A stretch of 64,000 bases of DNA from Chitinophagales bacterium (GTDB taxonomy: Bacteria; Bacteroidota; Bacteroidia; Chitinophagales; CAIODY01): positions 1,430 to 65,429 of the forward strand of contig CANFST010000014.1 in assembly GCA_947449695.1 (NCBI GenBank). The letters run 5' to 3'. The first letter of the stretch is position 1. The number at the start of each line of letters is the position of its first letter. This document shows, one piece after another, positions 27,958 through 37,082 of the stretch. The translations under genes were made by a program, and so were the position numbers. The notes below the pieces were generated by a model. It searched no databases and had not been told where the DNA came from. It saw only the letters and a list, made by a program, of their open reading frames with translations.

Positions 27958-28551
27958 TTAAAACAACATTGGCTGTTTTTGCCAGTTAAATGTTTTTCGA
28001 TGAAATTTCGTTACGCCATATTTTGTCATCATCGCTCTGTGGTGAGCCGTGGGATAGCCTTTGTTCAAATGCCAATCATACTGTGGATGTTCTTTTGCAA
28101 TTTTCTCCATGTATTCATCTCGATAAGTTTTTGCTAAAATAGATGCCGCCGCTATGCTCATAAATATTGAGTCTCCTTTCACTACACATTTATGCGGAAT
28201 GTTTGGATAAGCATTAAAACGATTGCCATCGATCAACAAAAGCTGTGGTGTGTTTTTTAATTTCAAAACTGCTTTGTGCATGGCTTTGAACGATGCGTTG
28301 AGAATATTGATTTTATCAATTTCATGATTATCAATGGAAGCAACTGCAAAATCAATGGCTTCGTTTTCAATGATTTTTCGCAAATCATTTCTTACTGATT
28401 CCGACAATTTTTTGCTGTCGTTCAGCATTTCGTTTTTATAATTTTTAGGCAAAATTACAGCGGCTGCAAACACAGGTCCGGCAAGGCATCCACGACCAGC
28501 TTCATCGCAACCAGCTTCAATAAGTTTCGTTTGAAAATGTGATTTAAGCAC
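27958..28551 (-). CDS. rnhB: Ribonuclease HII
   Basis: GCDEAGRGCLAGPV active-site motif. The start is GTG at 28551, sharing one nucleotide with the upstream TAG. Confidence 0.92.
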   Translation of the reverse strand: MLKSHFQTKLIEAGCDEAGRGCLAGPVFAAAVILPKNYKNEMLNDSKKLSESVRNDLRKIIENEAIDFAVASIDNHEIDKINILNASFKAMHKAVLKLKNTPQLLLIDGNRFNAYPNIPHKCVVKGDSIFMSIAAASILAKTYRDEYMEKIAKEHPQYDWHLNKGYPTAHHRAMMTKYGVTKFHRKTFNWQKQPMLF

Positions 28552-30743
28552 TACTTCACTAAATTTTGAATCTTCTCAATCAAAATATTTATGGCAAATG
28601 GTTTTGAGATATAATCATTCATACCAACCTCAAAACACTTGTCCATTTCGCTTTTCATTACATTGGCTGTTTGTGCTAAAATCGGAATTTGATTAATTGG
28701 TTCAGGCATTTGCTTGCGAATAAAAGTGGCAGTTTCATAACCGTTCATCACAGGCATTTGAATATCCATCAATACAATGTTGTAAATATTTTTATTCAAA
28801 AACTCAATTGCCATCATGCCATTTTCAGCCACATCCACCGTGGCTTTTGGTAATGCAATAGCAATTGATTTAGATGCTAATTTTTGATTAAACAAATTAT
28901 CTTCTACCAACAAAATTCTTATTTCACGATTCAATAATCGTTCATCAATTGTTTTTTCTCTTTTTGGTTTTTCAATTTGATTAGCTCTTTTTAATGGCAG
29001 GCTCAAATAAAAAGTTGTTCCTTTTTTCAATTCGCTCGTAACCGAAATTGTGCCGTGCATCATTTCAGTTAATTTTTTACAAATATTCAAACCCAATCCA
29101 GTTCCACCATACAGCTTGTTAGTAACAAAACTTGCAGGATTAAATGTTTCAAAAATTTGTGGTAAATGTTCGGGCGAAATTCCAATGCCGTGGTCAATTA
29201 TTTTAAATTGCAAATCATACACTGGCGCTCGATAACCTTTAGAAATCACTTCAATTTCAACAGGCGAATTCATCGAAAATTTCACAGCGTTGTTACACAA
29301 GTTTACTAAAATTTGTTTCAAATGACTTACATCACCACGAATGCTAGAAGGCACATCATCAGCTATTTTATAAACAAAAGTCAAATTATTTTGCTGACAT
29401 TTTAACGACAACATTTGTTTGATTTCTTCTAACAAATCAGCCAAGTTAAAATCGCGTTCTTCTAATTGTTCGTTGCCAGTAGAAATTTTTGTAAGCTGCA
29501 AAACATCTTCAATAATATCCAAAATAGTGATGGTTGATTTGCCAATAACCGATACATATTCGTTTTGCTCTTCGTCTAATTTTGTTCGTTGTAATAATTG
29601 TAAAAATCCATGAATGGAATTCATCGGTGTACGAATTTCATGACTCAAATTGAGCATGATGTGCTCCTTCATTTCCACCGCTTCTTCCGCTGCCGATTTG
29701 GCTTTTACGGCTTCTTCAAATTTATATTGCAACTCTAAAGCTTGAACATTGTACAAACTTTCTTCGCCAACATTTTTTGTTTTTAGTTCGTAATATTTTT
29801 TCCAAAATGATAAGCTGTTTTGAAAATCATTTCTCGATTCGTAAATACTTGCCAACTCATGTAGCGATTCAATTTGCAACACCATCACTTTTTCCTTTTC
29901 GCTCAATTGCAATACTTCTAAAAAAGTTTGAATCGCCAAATTAAAATCCTTAGAAAGCTTGTAATAGCTGCCTTTCAGCATCAGCAAATTTATTTTTGAA
30001 AAAGCGTCTTCTTTGTCAATTAAAAATCGGTCGGCTTTATCTAAATAAATTTTTGCTTTATCTAATTGATGTTGCTCTAAATGCAAATAAGCCATTCCTC
30101 TTATGGGCATCAAATAATCTGAAATCGAAAAATCATTTTTCAATTCGCTGTATGCCGAAATGAAATGGTCAGCAGCCCTATCAAACAAACGCATTCTGGT
30201 ATAGGCGTTGCCCAAAAAACAATTGGTTCTCATTTGCAACAAATCATCTTTAATGGCATTTATTTTTATCAATGATTTTGATTCTAAAAAATGTTTGATG
30301 CTATTATCGTAATTAAACATTCTCCCATGCAACAAACCTAAATTGTTGTGTGCCCGTATTTGCCAATGAATATTGTTTAAATGTTCGGCTATTTGTAAAG
30401 CCTTCATCAAATGATTCAGCGCCATGGCGTATTTACCAAGGTTTGCCATAATGCGACCTAAATGAATATTACATAAATATCCTCGTTCGGTATCGCCAAC
30501 TTGATTATAAAAAGCATTACATTCTTTTAAATGCCTTAATTCGCGATGCTGATTTTTTTGTTGCCTAAATATTTCTGCTAATTGATAATGTACGTTAGCT
30601 TTTTCTGCATTAGAAATTTCTTTTTTATGTTTACTTAAAATATCTTCTAATTGCAATGCAGCTTCAGTAGGCTGACTAACAGACAATTGCAAAGCACTGT
30701 TGATTAATTCGAGAATATGATTAAGGGTGGCATTTTCTTCCAT
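28551..30743 (-). CDS. Hybrid sensor histidine kinase with N-terminal TPR-like repeats and a C-terminal receiver
   Basis: H-box SHEIRTPMNSI, HATPase GGTGLGLNICKKL and receiver LLVEDNLFN...VLMDIQMPVMNG. I start at ATG 30743; the track's TTG is 6 nt upstream. Confidence 0.88.
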   Translation of the reverse strand: MEENATLNHILELINSALQLSVSQPTEAALQLEDILSKHKKEISNAEKANVHYQLAEIFRQQKNQHRELRHLKECNAFYNQVGDTERGYLCNIHLGRIMANLGKYAMALNHLMKALQIAEHLNNIHWQIRAHNNLGLLHGRMFNYDNSIKHFLESKSLIKINAIKDDLLQMRTNCFLGNAYTRMRLFDRAADHFISAYSELKNDFSISDYLMPIRGMAYLHLEQHQLDKAKIYLDKADRFLIDKEDAFSKINLLMLKGSYYKLSKDFNLAIQTFLEVLQLSEKEKVMVLQIESLHELASIYESRNDFQNSLSFWKKYYELKTKNVGEESLYNVQALELQYKFEEAVKAKSAAEEAVEMKEHIMLNLSHEIRTPMNSIHGFLQLLQRTKLDEEQNEYVSVIGKSTITILDIIEDVLQLTKISTGNEQLEERDFNLADLLEEIKQMLSLKCQQNNLTFVYKIADDVPSSIRGDVSHLKQILVNLCNNAVKFSMNSPVEIEVISKGYRAPVYDLQFKIIDHGIGISPEHLPQIFETFNPASFVTNKLYGGTGLGLNICKKLTEMMHGTISVTSELKKGTTFYLSLPLKRANQIEKPKREKTIDERLLNREIRILLVEDNLFNQKLASKSIAIALPKATVDVAENGMMAIEFLNKNIYNIVLMDIQMPVMNGYETATFIRKQMPEPINQIPILAQTANVMKSEMDKCFEVGMNDYISKPFAINILIEKIQNLVK

Positions 30744-30851
30744 TTGCAAATAAATCTGATTTACAAATTAAAGAAAAAATCAATTACCAAAGTTATTTAG
30801 ATGAGAGGTATTAAAAAATAATTGCTTTTATTTTTCACAAATGGACTACTA

Positions 30852-31976
30852 TTATAAAGCGCTATGCATAGCTTCAGCATAGCTTGGCACATCATGATAG
30901 TGCCATTTTTTTATTACTGTTCCGTTTTTTAAAAGCATAATACCTGGGTTGCAACGAATCATAGTTTTTACAAATTTATCATCACCAGCTGTGTAAAAAG
31001 GAAATGCAGCTTGTACCTCGTGCCTGAATGATTCGGCGGCTTTATATTCACTGTGGGTAATACCCAAAACAGGAATATGTTGCGCATCACAATTTTTAAC
31101 TAAGTCATTAATTTTTGTCCAACATTTTTTATCAGCATTTTCAACATCATACACTATTATCCAAAATGAATAAGTGGGCACATTCAATAAGCTATCTTGA
31201 ACAGCATTGTTATTTTCATCTAAAATTACGAAGTCGTGAATAGCAGGTTTATCACCTTCTACAATCACCTTTTCTTTTCTATCCATATAGTCATAATCCT
31301 GAAATTTCTTTGCATAATCATTGCTTGACAGTTCTTCAACAGCACCACTTTTTTTGTTTTTGCAAATCAATACGATTGAGATACTATCACGTTTAGAGCC
31401 TTCAGACAATTTCATCCGCTCTTTAATATTATTTCCAGGCTTGTAAGCTAACATATCAATGAATGGCAAGTGGGCATAAGCCCAAAATGGAACAAAGAAT
31501 GAACCTGCAACAAGTAAAAACAAAATAAAATTATTCAGTTTGCCTGAAAACAATGGTTTGATAGCATCTCTGCCTAATAACAAAATTAAAGTAAGCACCA
31601 ATAGTGCAATGTCTTTATAAAAAGAAGTCAAAGGTTTTAAATGAATAAATTCACCAAAGCAGCCACAATCAGTTACTTTACCGGTTATAGCGGAATAGCC
31701 TGTTAACCAAGTGAAGAAAATTATTAAACCCGTCAAAAACAAAGTGGTAATACGACTAAAAGCACCAATCAACAATGCAAAACCCAATGCTACTTCTAAC
31801 CCACAAAATATAATTGATAGATAATCAGTGAAGCCATTAAGCCACGACATATGAAATACTGTGAAATATTCTTGCAACTTGTAACTAGTGCCCATAGGGT
31901 CATTAGCTTTTATTAAACCCGAAAAAACAAATAAACCACCAACTAAAATTCTACATACACCTATAATATATTTCAT
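30852..31976 (-). CDS. DoxX/MauE-like membrane domain fused to a thioredoxin-like soluble domain
   Basis: N-terminal half has 4-5 TM segments including TDCGCFGEF. The C-terminal ~200 aa are soluble. I start at ATG 31976 (MKYIIGV...). Confidence 0.55.
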   Translation of the reverse strand: MKYIIGVCRILVGGLFVFSGLIKANDPMGTSYKLQEYFTVFHMSWLNGFTDYLSIIFCGLEVALGFALLIGAFSRITTLFLTGLIIFFTWLTGYSAITGKVTDCGCFGEFIHLKPLTSFYKDIALLVLTLILLLGRDAIKPLFSGKLNNFILFLLVAGSFFVPFWAYAHLPFIDMLAYKPGNNIKERMKLSEGSKRDSISIVLICKNKKSGAVEELSSNDYAKKFQDYDYMDRKEKVIVEGDKPAIHDFVILDENNNAVQDSLLNVPTYSFWIIVYDVENADKKCWTKINDLVKNCDAQHIPVLGITHSEYKAAESFRHEVQAAFPFYTAGDDKFVKTMIRCNPGIMLLKNGTVIKKWHYHDVPSYAEAMHSAL

Positions 31977-32073
31977 AACTAAATTTATTTTGGATAGTGC
32001 AAGATACTGAAGACACAAGAATGAAATAGCAAAATTAGATAGCTAATTTTTTAACGTTTGGTTAAATCAAATC

Positions 32074-32748
32074 TCATTTCAACAAATCTGGTCTTCTTTC
32101 CTCCGTCCTTTTTAAAGATTGTTCTTCTTTCCATTGATTGATAATTTTCGGGTCGCCCGAAAGCAGCACTGGAGGAACTTTCCAGCCATTGTATTCAGCA
32201 GGACGAGTATAAATGGGGTACGATAATAAATCATCTTGAAATGAATCAAACAACGCTGAGCTTTCATCATTCAATACACCCGGAATCAATCTGCCAATTG
32301 CATCAACAACCATCGCAGCAGCCAATTCGCCACCACTCAAAACATAATCACCAATCGAAATTTCCATTGTTATAAAATGTTCACGAAGCCTTTCATCAAT
32401 GCCTTTATAATGTCCGCAAAGAATAATTAAATTTTCTTTCAAAGATAAATGATTCGCCATTTTTTGGTTGAAGGTTTTCCCATCAGGCGTCATGTAAATT
32501 ACTTCATCATATTTTTTCTTCGTCTTCAAATCGTTGATGCAATTGGCAATTGGCTCAATCATCATCACCATTCCTGCTTCGCCGCCAAACGCTTTATCAT
32601 CAACTTGTTTTGATTTTCCTAAGCCATAATTTCGCAAATTAATTACATTTACGTTCAGCAAACCTTTATCAGCAGCACGTTTCATAATAGAATGCTGAAA
32701 TGGAGATTGCAATAAATCAGGCACTACGGTGATGATATCAATTTGCAT
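32074..32748 (-). CDS. trmD: tRNA (guanine37-N1)-methyltransferase
   Basis: [14 protein letters not shown]-terminus, GEAGMVMM and [13 protein letters not shown] motifs. Confidence 0.93.
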   Translation of the reverse strand: MQIDIITVVPDLLQSPFQHSIMKRAADKGLLNVNVINLRNYGLGKSKQVDDKAFGGEAGMVMMIEPIANCINDLKTKKKYDEVIYMTPDGKTFNQKMANHLSLKENLIILCGHYKGIDERLREHFITMEISIGDYVLSGGELAAAMVVDAIGRLIPGVLNDESSALFDSFQDDLLSYPIYTRPAEYNGWKVPPVLLSGDPKIINQWKEEQSLKRTEERRPDLLK

Positions 32749-33688
32749 GAATAAGATTTTTTGTTTTAAAAAAATCTAAAGAATAAATCCTGTCTGAATT
32801 CAATTGTACTTTCAATTCTTCCAATCCGTTGAATTTTTTTTCTTCACGAATGCGTTCATGAAAAAATATTTTTGCCGTTTCGTCATAAATATTTTTATCA
32901 AAATCAAACAAGTTAACTTCAATCGTTCTGTTCGTTCCACCCACTGTTGGGCGATTGCCAATATTCATCATCCCCTTGTGTAATCCAGTACCAATCAATA
33001 CTTCAACTACGTAAACACCATCAGTAGGAATTAATTTGTGTTCATTCAATACTTCAATATTTGCAGTTGGAAAACCAATTGTTCGACCCAACTTTTTTCC
33101 TTCAACCACTTTTCCCATCATCAAATATTCACGACCTAATAATTTATTGGCTTCTGAAATATTTCCTTCTAACAAAAAATTTCTAATCGCGGTTGAACTG
33201 ATTGTGATTTCATCTTCCATCTGTTTTTCCATTTCAATCACCTCGAAATCGTCCTTCAGTCCTGCATTTCGGAGCATTGTTAAATTTCCTACACGATTAT
33301 TTCCAAAATGATGATTAAAGCCAACAACAATTTTTTTTGGATGAAAATTGTTAACCAAAAATTGTTCGATATAATCTGTTGCTGAAATTTTAGCAAAATC
33401 AAAAGTGAATGGAACAATCACCAAATGCTGAATACCACAGTCTTTTAGCAATTCAATTTTTTCTTCCACAGTGCTTAATAATTGTAAATCACTTTGCGAA
33501 GACTGCAACACATGTTTCGGATGCGGATGAAAAGTAACCAACACACTTTCGCCATTTATTTCATTGGCTAATATGGCTAATTGTTGTAAAATTTTTTTGT
33601 GTGCGGCATGAACGCCATCAAAAGTGCCAACCGTAATTACACTTTTTGAAAAATTTGGAAGCTGCTGAAATCCTTGATGTATCTGCAT
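32738..33688 (-). CDS. ribF: Bifunctional riboflavin kinase / FMN adenylyltransferase
   Basis: [15 protein letters not shown] nucleotidyltransferase motif and the riboflavin-kinase motif GFPTANI. I start at ATG 33688. The 3' end overlaps trmD by 11 nt. Confidence 0.92.
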   Translation of the reverse strand: MQIHQGFQQLPNFSKSVITVGTFDGVHAAHKKILQQLAILANEINGESVLVTFHPHPKHVLQSSQSDLQLLSTVEEKIELLKDCGIQHLVIVPFTFDFAKISATDYIEQFLVNNFHPKKIVVGFNHHFGNNRVGNLTMLRNAGLKDDFEVIEMEKQMEDEITISSTAIRNFLLEGNISEANKLLGREYLMMGKVVEGKKLGRTIGFPTANIEVLNEHKLIPTDGVYVVEVLIGTGLHKGMMNIGNRPTVGGTNRTIEVNLFDFDKNIYDETAKIFFHERIREEKKFNGLEELKVQLNSDRIYSLDFFKTKNLIHAN

Positions 33689-33746
33689 TGCGAAGGCGAA
33701 TATAGTACGCAATATTTTTGTGGCGAAAAATATTTTTCAAAAAAAC

Positions 33747-33778
33747 TTGCAAATCAAATTTTGTTACGCATATCTTTG
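33747..33778 (+). promoter_or_regulatory. Candidate promoter (-33 TTG, -7 TATCTTTG) for the riboswitch-led operon
   Basis: TTG at 33747-33749 and an exact TAnnTTTG at 33771-33778, about 20 nt before the aptamer. Confidence 0.5.
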
Positions 33779-33798
33779 CATCACGTTCTGAAATTATT

Positions 33799-33912
33799 TT
33801 CTTATCCAGAAAGACAGAGGGAATTGACCCGATGAAGTCTTGACAACCTACTTTGATTTATCAAAGAAAGGTGCCAAATTCAACTCAGCAGCAATGTTGA
33901 GGTAGATAAGTT
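33799..33912 (+). promoter_or_regulatory. SAM-I (S-box) riboswitch aptamer
   Basis: TTCTTATCCAGAAAGACAGAGGGAATTGACCCGATGAAGTC..GACAACC..GGTGCCAAATTC..GAGGTAGATAAG. P1 is CTTATC/GATAAG. The GAGGGA, CCCGATGA (kink-turn), CAACC and GGTGCCAAATTC blocks match the S-box consensus. Confidence 0.88.
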
Positions 33913-33944
33913 AGAAACAAAGCAATTAATATACTGCAGATATT

Positions 33945-33978
33945 AAAAGCTCTTCTGACTTGTCGGAAGAGCTTTTTT
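33945..33978 (+). terminator. Riboswitch expression-platform terminator
   Basis: AAAAGCTCTTC...GAAGAGCTTTTTT, a 7-bp G+C-containing stem extended by A-U pairs, followed by a T-run 85 nt before the ATG. Confidence 0.85.
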
Positions 33979-34062
33979 CATTTAAGCACTTCCGCAAGAT
34001 GTTCTGAATAAGAAAAATTTTCCTGAACAAAATTTTTCTTAACAATCAAAATTCAAAACATC

Positions 34063-35253
34063 ATGCAAGAGCAAACAAAAATTATTCATTCCATTCCAGT
34101 TGACGAATTAACAGGAGCCATCGCAGTTCCGATTTATCAAACCTCCACATTTGTACAAGAAAGTCCGGGCGTTAACAAAGGGTTCGATTATGCCCGAAGT
34201 AACAATCCTACCAGAAAAGCATTGGAAGATATTGTTGCAAAATTAGAAAACGGAAGCGGCGGATATGCCTTCGCCAGTGGTTTAGCGGCGATTGATGCTG
34301 TTGTGAAATTATTAGAAAGCGGCGACGAAATTTTAGCAGTAGATGATATTTACGGTGGTGCATTTCGCTTGTTCACACACATTTATCAAAAGTTTGGCAT
34401 CAGCATAAAATACGTTGATACGACTGATGCAGCGAATGTTGCCGAAGCAATTTCACCAAAAACAAAGTTGATTTGGTTAGAAAGTCCGACCAATCCAACG
34501 TTGAAAATTTCTGACATTGAAGCGATTGCAAAAATTGCAAAAGCCAACAACTGCTTGCTCTGCATTGACAACACTTTCGCTTCGCCAGCTTCGCAGAAAC
34601 CAATTGACTTGGGAGCTGATTTAGTCATTCATTCTGCAACAAAATATTTGGGCGGACACAGTGATTTAATTGCTGGTGTGGTGATTACAAAAACTGTTGA
34701 ATTAGGTGAAAAAATAAAATTCATTCAAAACGCAACAGGAAGTATCCTAGCACCATTTGATAGTTTTTTGGTGATTCGTGGTATTGAAACTCTAGCACTT
34801 CGAGTGAAACAACATTCAGAAAATGCACAACGAGTTGCAGAGTTTTTGCAAAGCTGTGATTTCATCAACAACGTTTATTATCCAGGTTTATCAACGCATC
34901 ACAATCATCACATTGCGAAGCAACAACAAAAGTATTTTGGTGGCGTAATTGCTTTCGATTTGAAAATTGATGAAAAAGAAATTGCAAAACAAATTGTGAG
35001 TAATACAAAATTATTCAAGCTGGCTGAAAGTTTGGGCGGTGTAAAAAGTTTGATTTGTTTGCCTTGCGAAATGACACACAAATCAATTCCTGCAGAAAAA
35101 CGCCACCAGAGTGGTGTTACTGATAGTTTAATCAGATTGTCAGTTGGATTAGAAGATGCAGATGATTTGATTGAAGATTTAAAACAGACTTTTGAATTAG
35201 CATTTAGTAATCATGAACAAAAATATTTTATTGACCTTTTAAAAAATTTATAA
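34063..35253 (+). CDS. PLP-dependent Cys/Met-metabolism enzyme (cystathionine gamma-synthase/beta-lyase family)
   Basis: 396 aa. HSATKYLGGHSD contains the PLP-binding Lys. The N-terminus IHSIPVDELTGAIAVPIYQTSTF is typical of the family. Confidence 0.85.
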   Translation: MQEQTKIIHSIPVDELTGAIAVPIYQTSTFVQESPGVNKGFDYARSNNPTRKALEDIVAKLENGSGGYAFASGLAAIDAVVKLLESGDEILAVDDIYGGAFRLFTHIYQKFGISIKYVDTTDAANVAEAISPKTKLIWLESPTNPTLKISDIEAIAKIAKANNCLLCIDNTFASPASQKPIDLGADLVIHSATKYLGGHSDLIAGVVITKTVELGEKIKFIQNATGSILAPFDSFLVIRGIETLALRVKQHSENAQRVAEFLQSCDFINNVYYPGLSTHHNHHIAKQQQKYFGGVIAFDLKIDEKEIAKQIVSNTKLFKLAESLGGVKSLICLPCEMTHKSIPAEKRHQSGVTDSLIRLSVGLEDADDLIEDLKQTFELAFSNHEQKYFIDLLKNL

Positions 35254-35255
35254 GC

Positions 35256-36434
35256 ATGACAAAGAAAAATTTAACAATCGGTCTATTCGGCTTTGGGTGT
35301 GTTGGCTATGGCTTGCACGAAGTGTTGCAACGAACACCAACTTTAAAAACATCCATCAAAAAAATTTGTGTGAAAGACAAAAATAAAGCACGACAAATTT
35401 CAGCAGAGCATTTCACTTTCGACAAAAATGAAATTCTGAATGATGAAGAAATAAATGTAGTTGTAGAGTTAATTGATGATGCTAATGCAGCATTTGAGAT
35501 AGTTTCAGCCGCTTTGAAAAAAGGAAAAGCAGTTGTAACTGCCAATAAAAAAATGATTGCCGAACATTTTAATGAGTTATTGGAATTGCAAAAGATTTAT
35601 CAAGTGCCTTTATTGTACGAAGCTGCATGTTGCGCCAGCATTCCGATTATCAGAAATCTGGAAGAATATTATGACAATGATTTATTGGAATCTATCGAAG
35701 GAATTGTGAACGGTTCAACGAATTATATTCTTACAAAAACTTCCACTGATAAAATTTCTTACGCCGATGCATTGCTCGATGCACAACAAAAAGGTTATGC
35801 CGAAAGCAATCCAACGCTTGATACTGGCGGATTTGACGCTAAATATAAATTGCTGATTCTGATTGCACATGCTTTTGGTTTAGTTTTGCAGCCTGATGAA
35901 ATTTATAATCAAGGCATTGATAAATTGGGCGAATTAGAATTGAATTATGCTCGTGAAAAAGGTTTTAAAATAAAGCTGATTGCGCATGCGCATAAAACCA
36001 ACGATGGAAAAATTGAATCGTATGTGTTGCCAAAATTTATTTCAACTGATGATAAATTATTTTCGGTGGATGATGTTTTTAATGGCGTAAAAACCAAATC
36101 GTGTTTCAGTGATTCGCAATTTTTTGCAGGTAAGGGCGCAGGCGCACATCCAACGGCATCAGCGGTTTTGAGCGATATTTCTGCATTGAGTTATGATTAC
36201 AAATACGAGTACAAAAAATTAAATCAATCGGCTGTCGAATTGAAAAATGATTTTTCTGTGAAAGTTTTTTTGCGACACAAAAAAGAAGAACAACAATTTT
36301 TGCAAAGCAAATTTAGCAGCATTGATGAATCATTTTTAAATCATAATTCGGGTTATATCATTGGCAATATTACTTTGGAAAATTTAAAACAACTTTCTGA
36401 AACACCTGATTTATCAATTGTTCTGGCGAATTAA
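35256..36434 (+). CDS. hom: Homoserine dehydrogenase
   Basis: N-terminal Rossmann motif IGLFGFGCVG, then NGSTNYIL and AESNPTLDTGGFDAKYKLLILIAHAFG. Starts 2 nt after the upstream stop. Confidence 0.85.
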   Translation: MTKKNLTIGLFGFGCVGYGLHEVLQRTPTLKTSIKKICVKDKNKARQISAEHFTFDKNEILNDEEINVVVELIDDANAAFEIVSAALKKGKAVVTANKKMIAEHFNELLELQKIYQVPLLYEAACCASIPIIRNLEEYYDNDLLESIEGIVNGSTNYILTKTSTDKISYADALLDAQQKGYAESNPTLDTGGFDAKYKLLILIAHAFGLVLQPDEIYNQGIDKLGELELNYAREKGFKIKLIAHAHKTNDGKIESYVLPKFISTDDKLFSVDDVFNGVKTKSCFSDSQFFAGKGAGAHPTASAVLSDISALSYDYKYEYKKLNQSAVELKNDFSVKVFLRHKKEEQQFLQSKFSSIDESFLNHNSGYIIGNITLENLKQLSETPDLSIVLAN

Positions 36435-36477
36435 AAATTATTTAACCAATCAAAATGAAAATAAAAACATCGGCATA

Positions 36478-36485
36478 TATCTTTG
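36478..36485 (+). promoter_or_regulatory. Candidate -7 box (TATCTTTG) in the hom/lysC-operon spacer
   Basis: Exact TAnnTTTG, the same 8-mer as the riboswitch promoter, ending 8 nt before a small-ORF ATG. Confidence 0.4.
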
Positions 36486-36493
36486 CAACCGAA

Positions 36494-36565
36494 ATGAAAA
36501 AACAACTTTCTATTTTATCAAAGCACACTTGCAACTGTAAACGTTGTAAGCATGCTATTGTGTAA
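36494..36565 (+). CDS. Candidate 23-aa leader peptide (MKKQLSILSKHTCNCKRCKHAIV)
   Basis: My own translation. The ORF lies between the candidate promoter and a strong hairpin with a T-run. An in-frame upstream ATG at 36455 would give 36 aa. There is no independent support. Confidence 0.3.
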   Translation: MKKQLSILSKHTCNCKRCKHAIV

Positions 36566-36598
36566 AACAGGAAAGTGTAAAAAATATTTTTCAATACG

Positions 36599-36633
36599 AA
36601 AAGGCTTTCCGACTATGTTGGAGAGCCTTTTTT
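36599..36633 (+). terminator. Intrinsic terminator / candidate attenuator upstream of the thioesterase-lysC operon
   Basis: AAGGCTTTCC-N9-GGAGAGCCTT stem (8 bp plus A-U extension) followed by TTTTTT. It ends 17 nt before ATG 36651. Confidence 0.75.
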
Positions 36634-36650
36634 ATTTTAAACAAAACAAC

Positions 36651-37064
36651 ATGAAATTAATTAGTAAGAAAATTTGTATGACTCGTGATATTGGAATCCA
36701 CGGCAATTTATTTGGTGGAATTTTAATGGCTTGGATTGATGAAGCTGCCGCTGCATTTGCAACTGAATATTGCTACACACCCAATATGGTAACAGTAAAA
36801 GTGGGTGAACTGCTTTTCAAAAAGCCTGTAAAATCTGGCAATCACATTCGTATTTACGGTGAAGTGGCGCATTTGGGAAATACTTCTATCACATTGAATA
36901 TTGAAGTAAAAAAATACAGTTTGTATAGCGCAGAAGAAACATCGGTTTGCAGTACAAATATTACATTTGTGCGTATTGATGATGATGGAAGCCCAACACC
37001 AATTGGTGAAACTGTTCGAAAAAATCATACAAATAATTTACAGCAACCTTTGGCAATTCTATAA
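36651..37064 (+). CDS. Hotdog-fold acyl-CoA thioesterase (YciA-like)
   Basis: HGNLFGGILMAWIDEAAA motif. I start at ATG 36651 because the track start (36552) would run through the terminator hairpin. Confidence 0.75.
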   Translation: MKLISKKICMTRDIGIHGNLFGGILMAWIDEAAAAFATEYCYTPNMVTVKVGELLFKKPVKSGNHIRIYGEVAHLGNTSITLNIEVKKYSLYSAEETSVCSTNITFVRIDDDGSPTPIGETVRKNHTNNLQQPLAIL

Positions 37065-37082
37065 ACAACAACATCCAAAAAA

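Noticed and set aside
36435-36650. Lysine (L-box) riboswitch expected upstream of lysC
   Set aside because: The spacer is very A+T-rich and lacks the G+C-rich conserved core segments I associate with L-box elements. The only strong structure is the terminator hairpin. An Rfam scan would be the decisive test.
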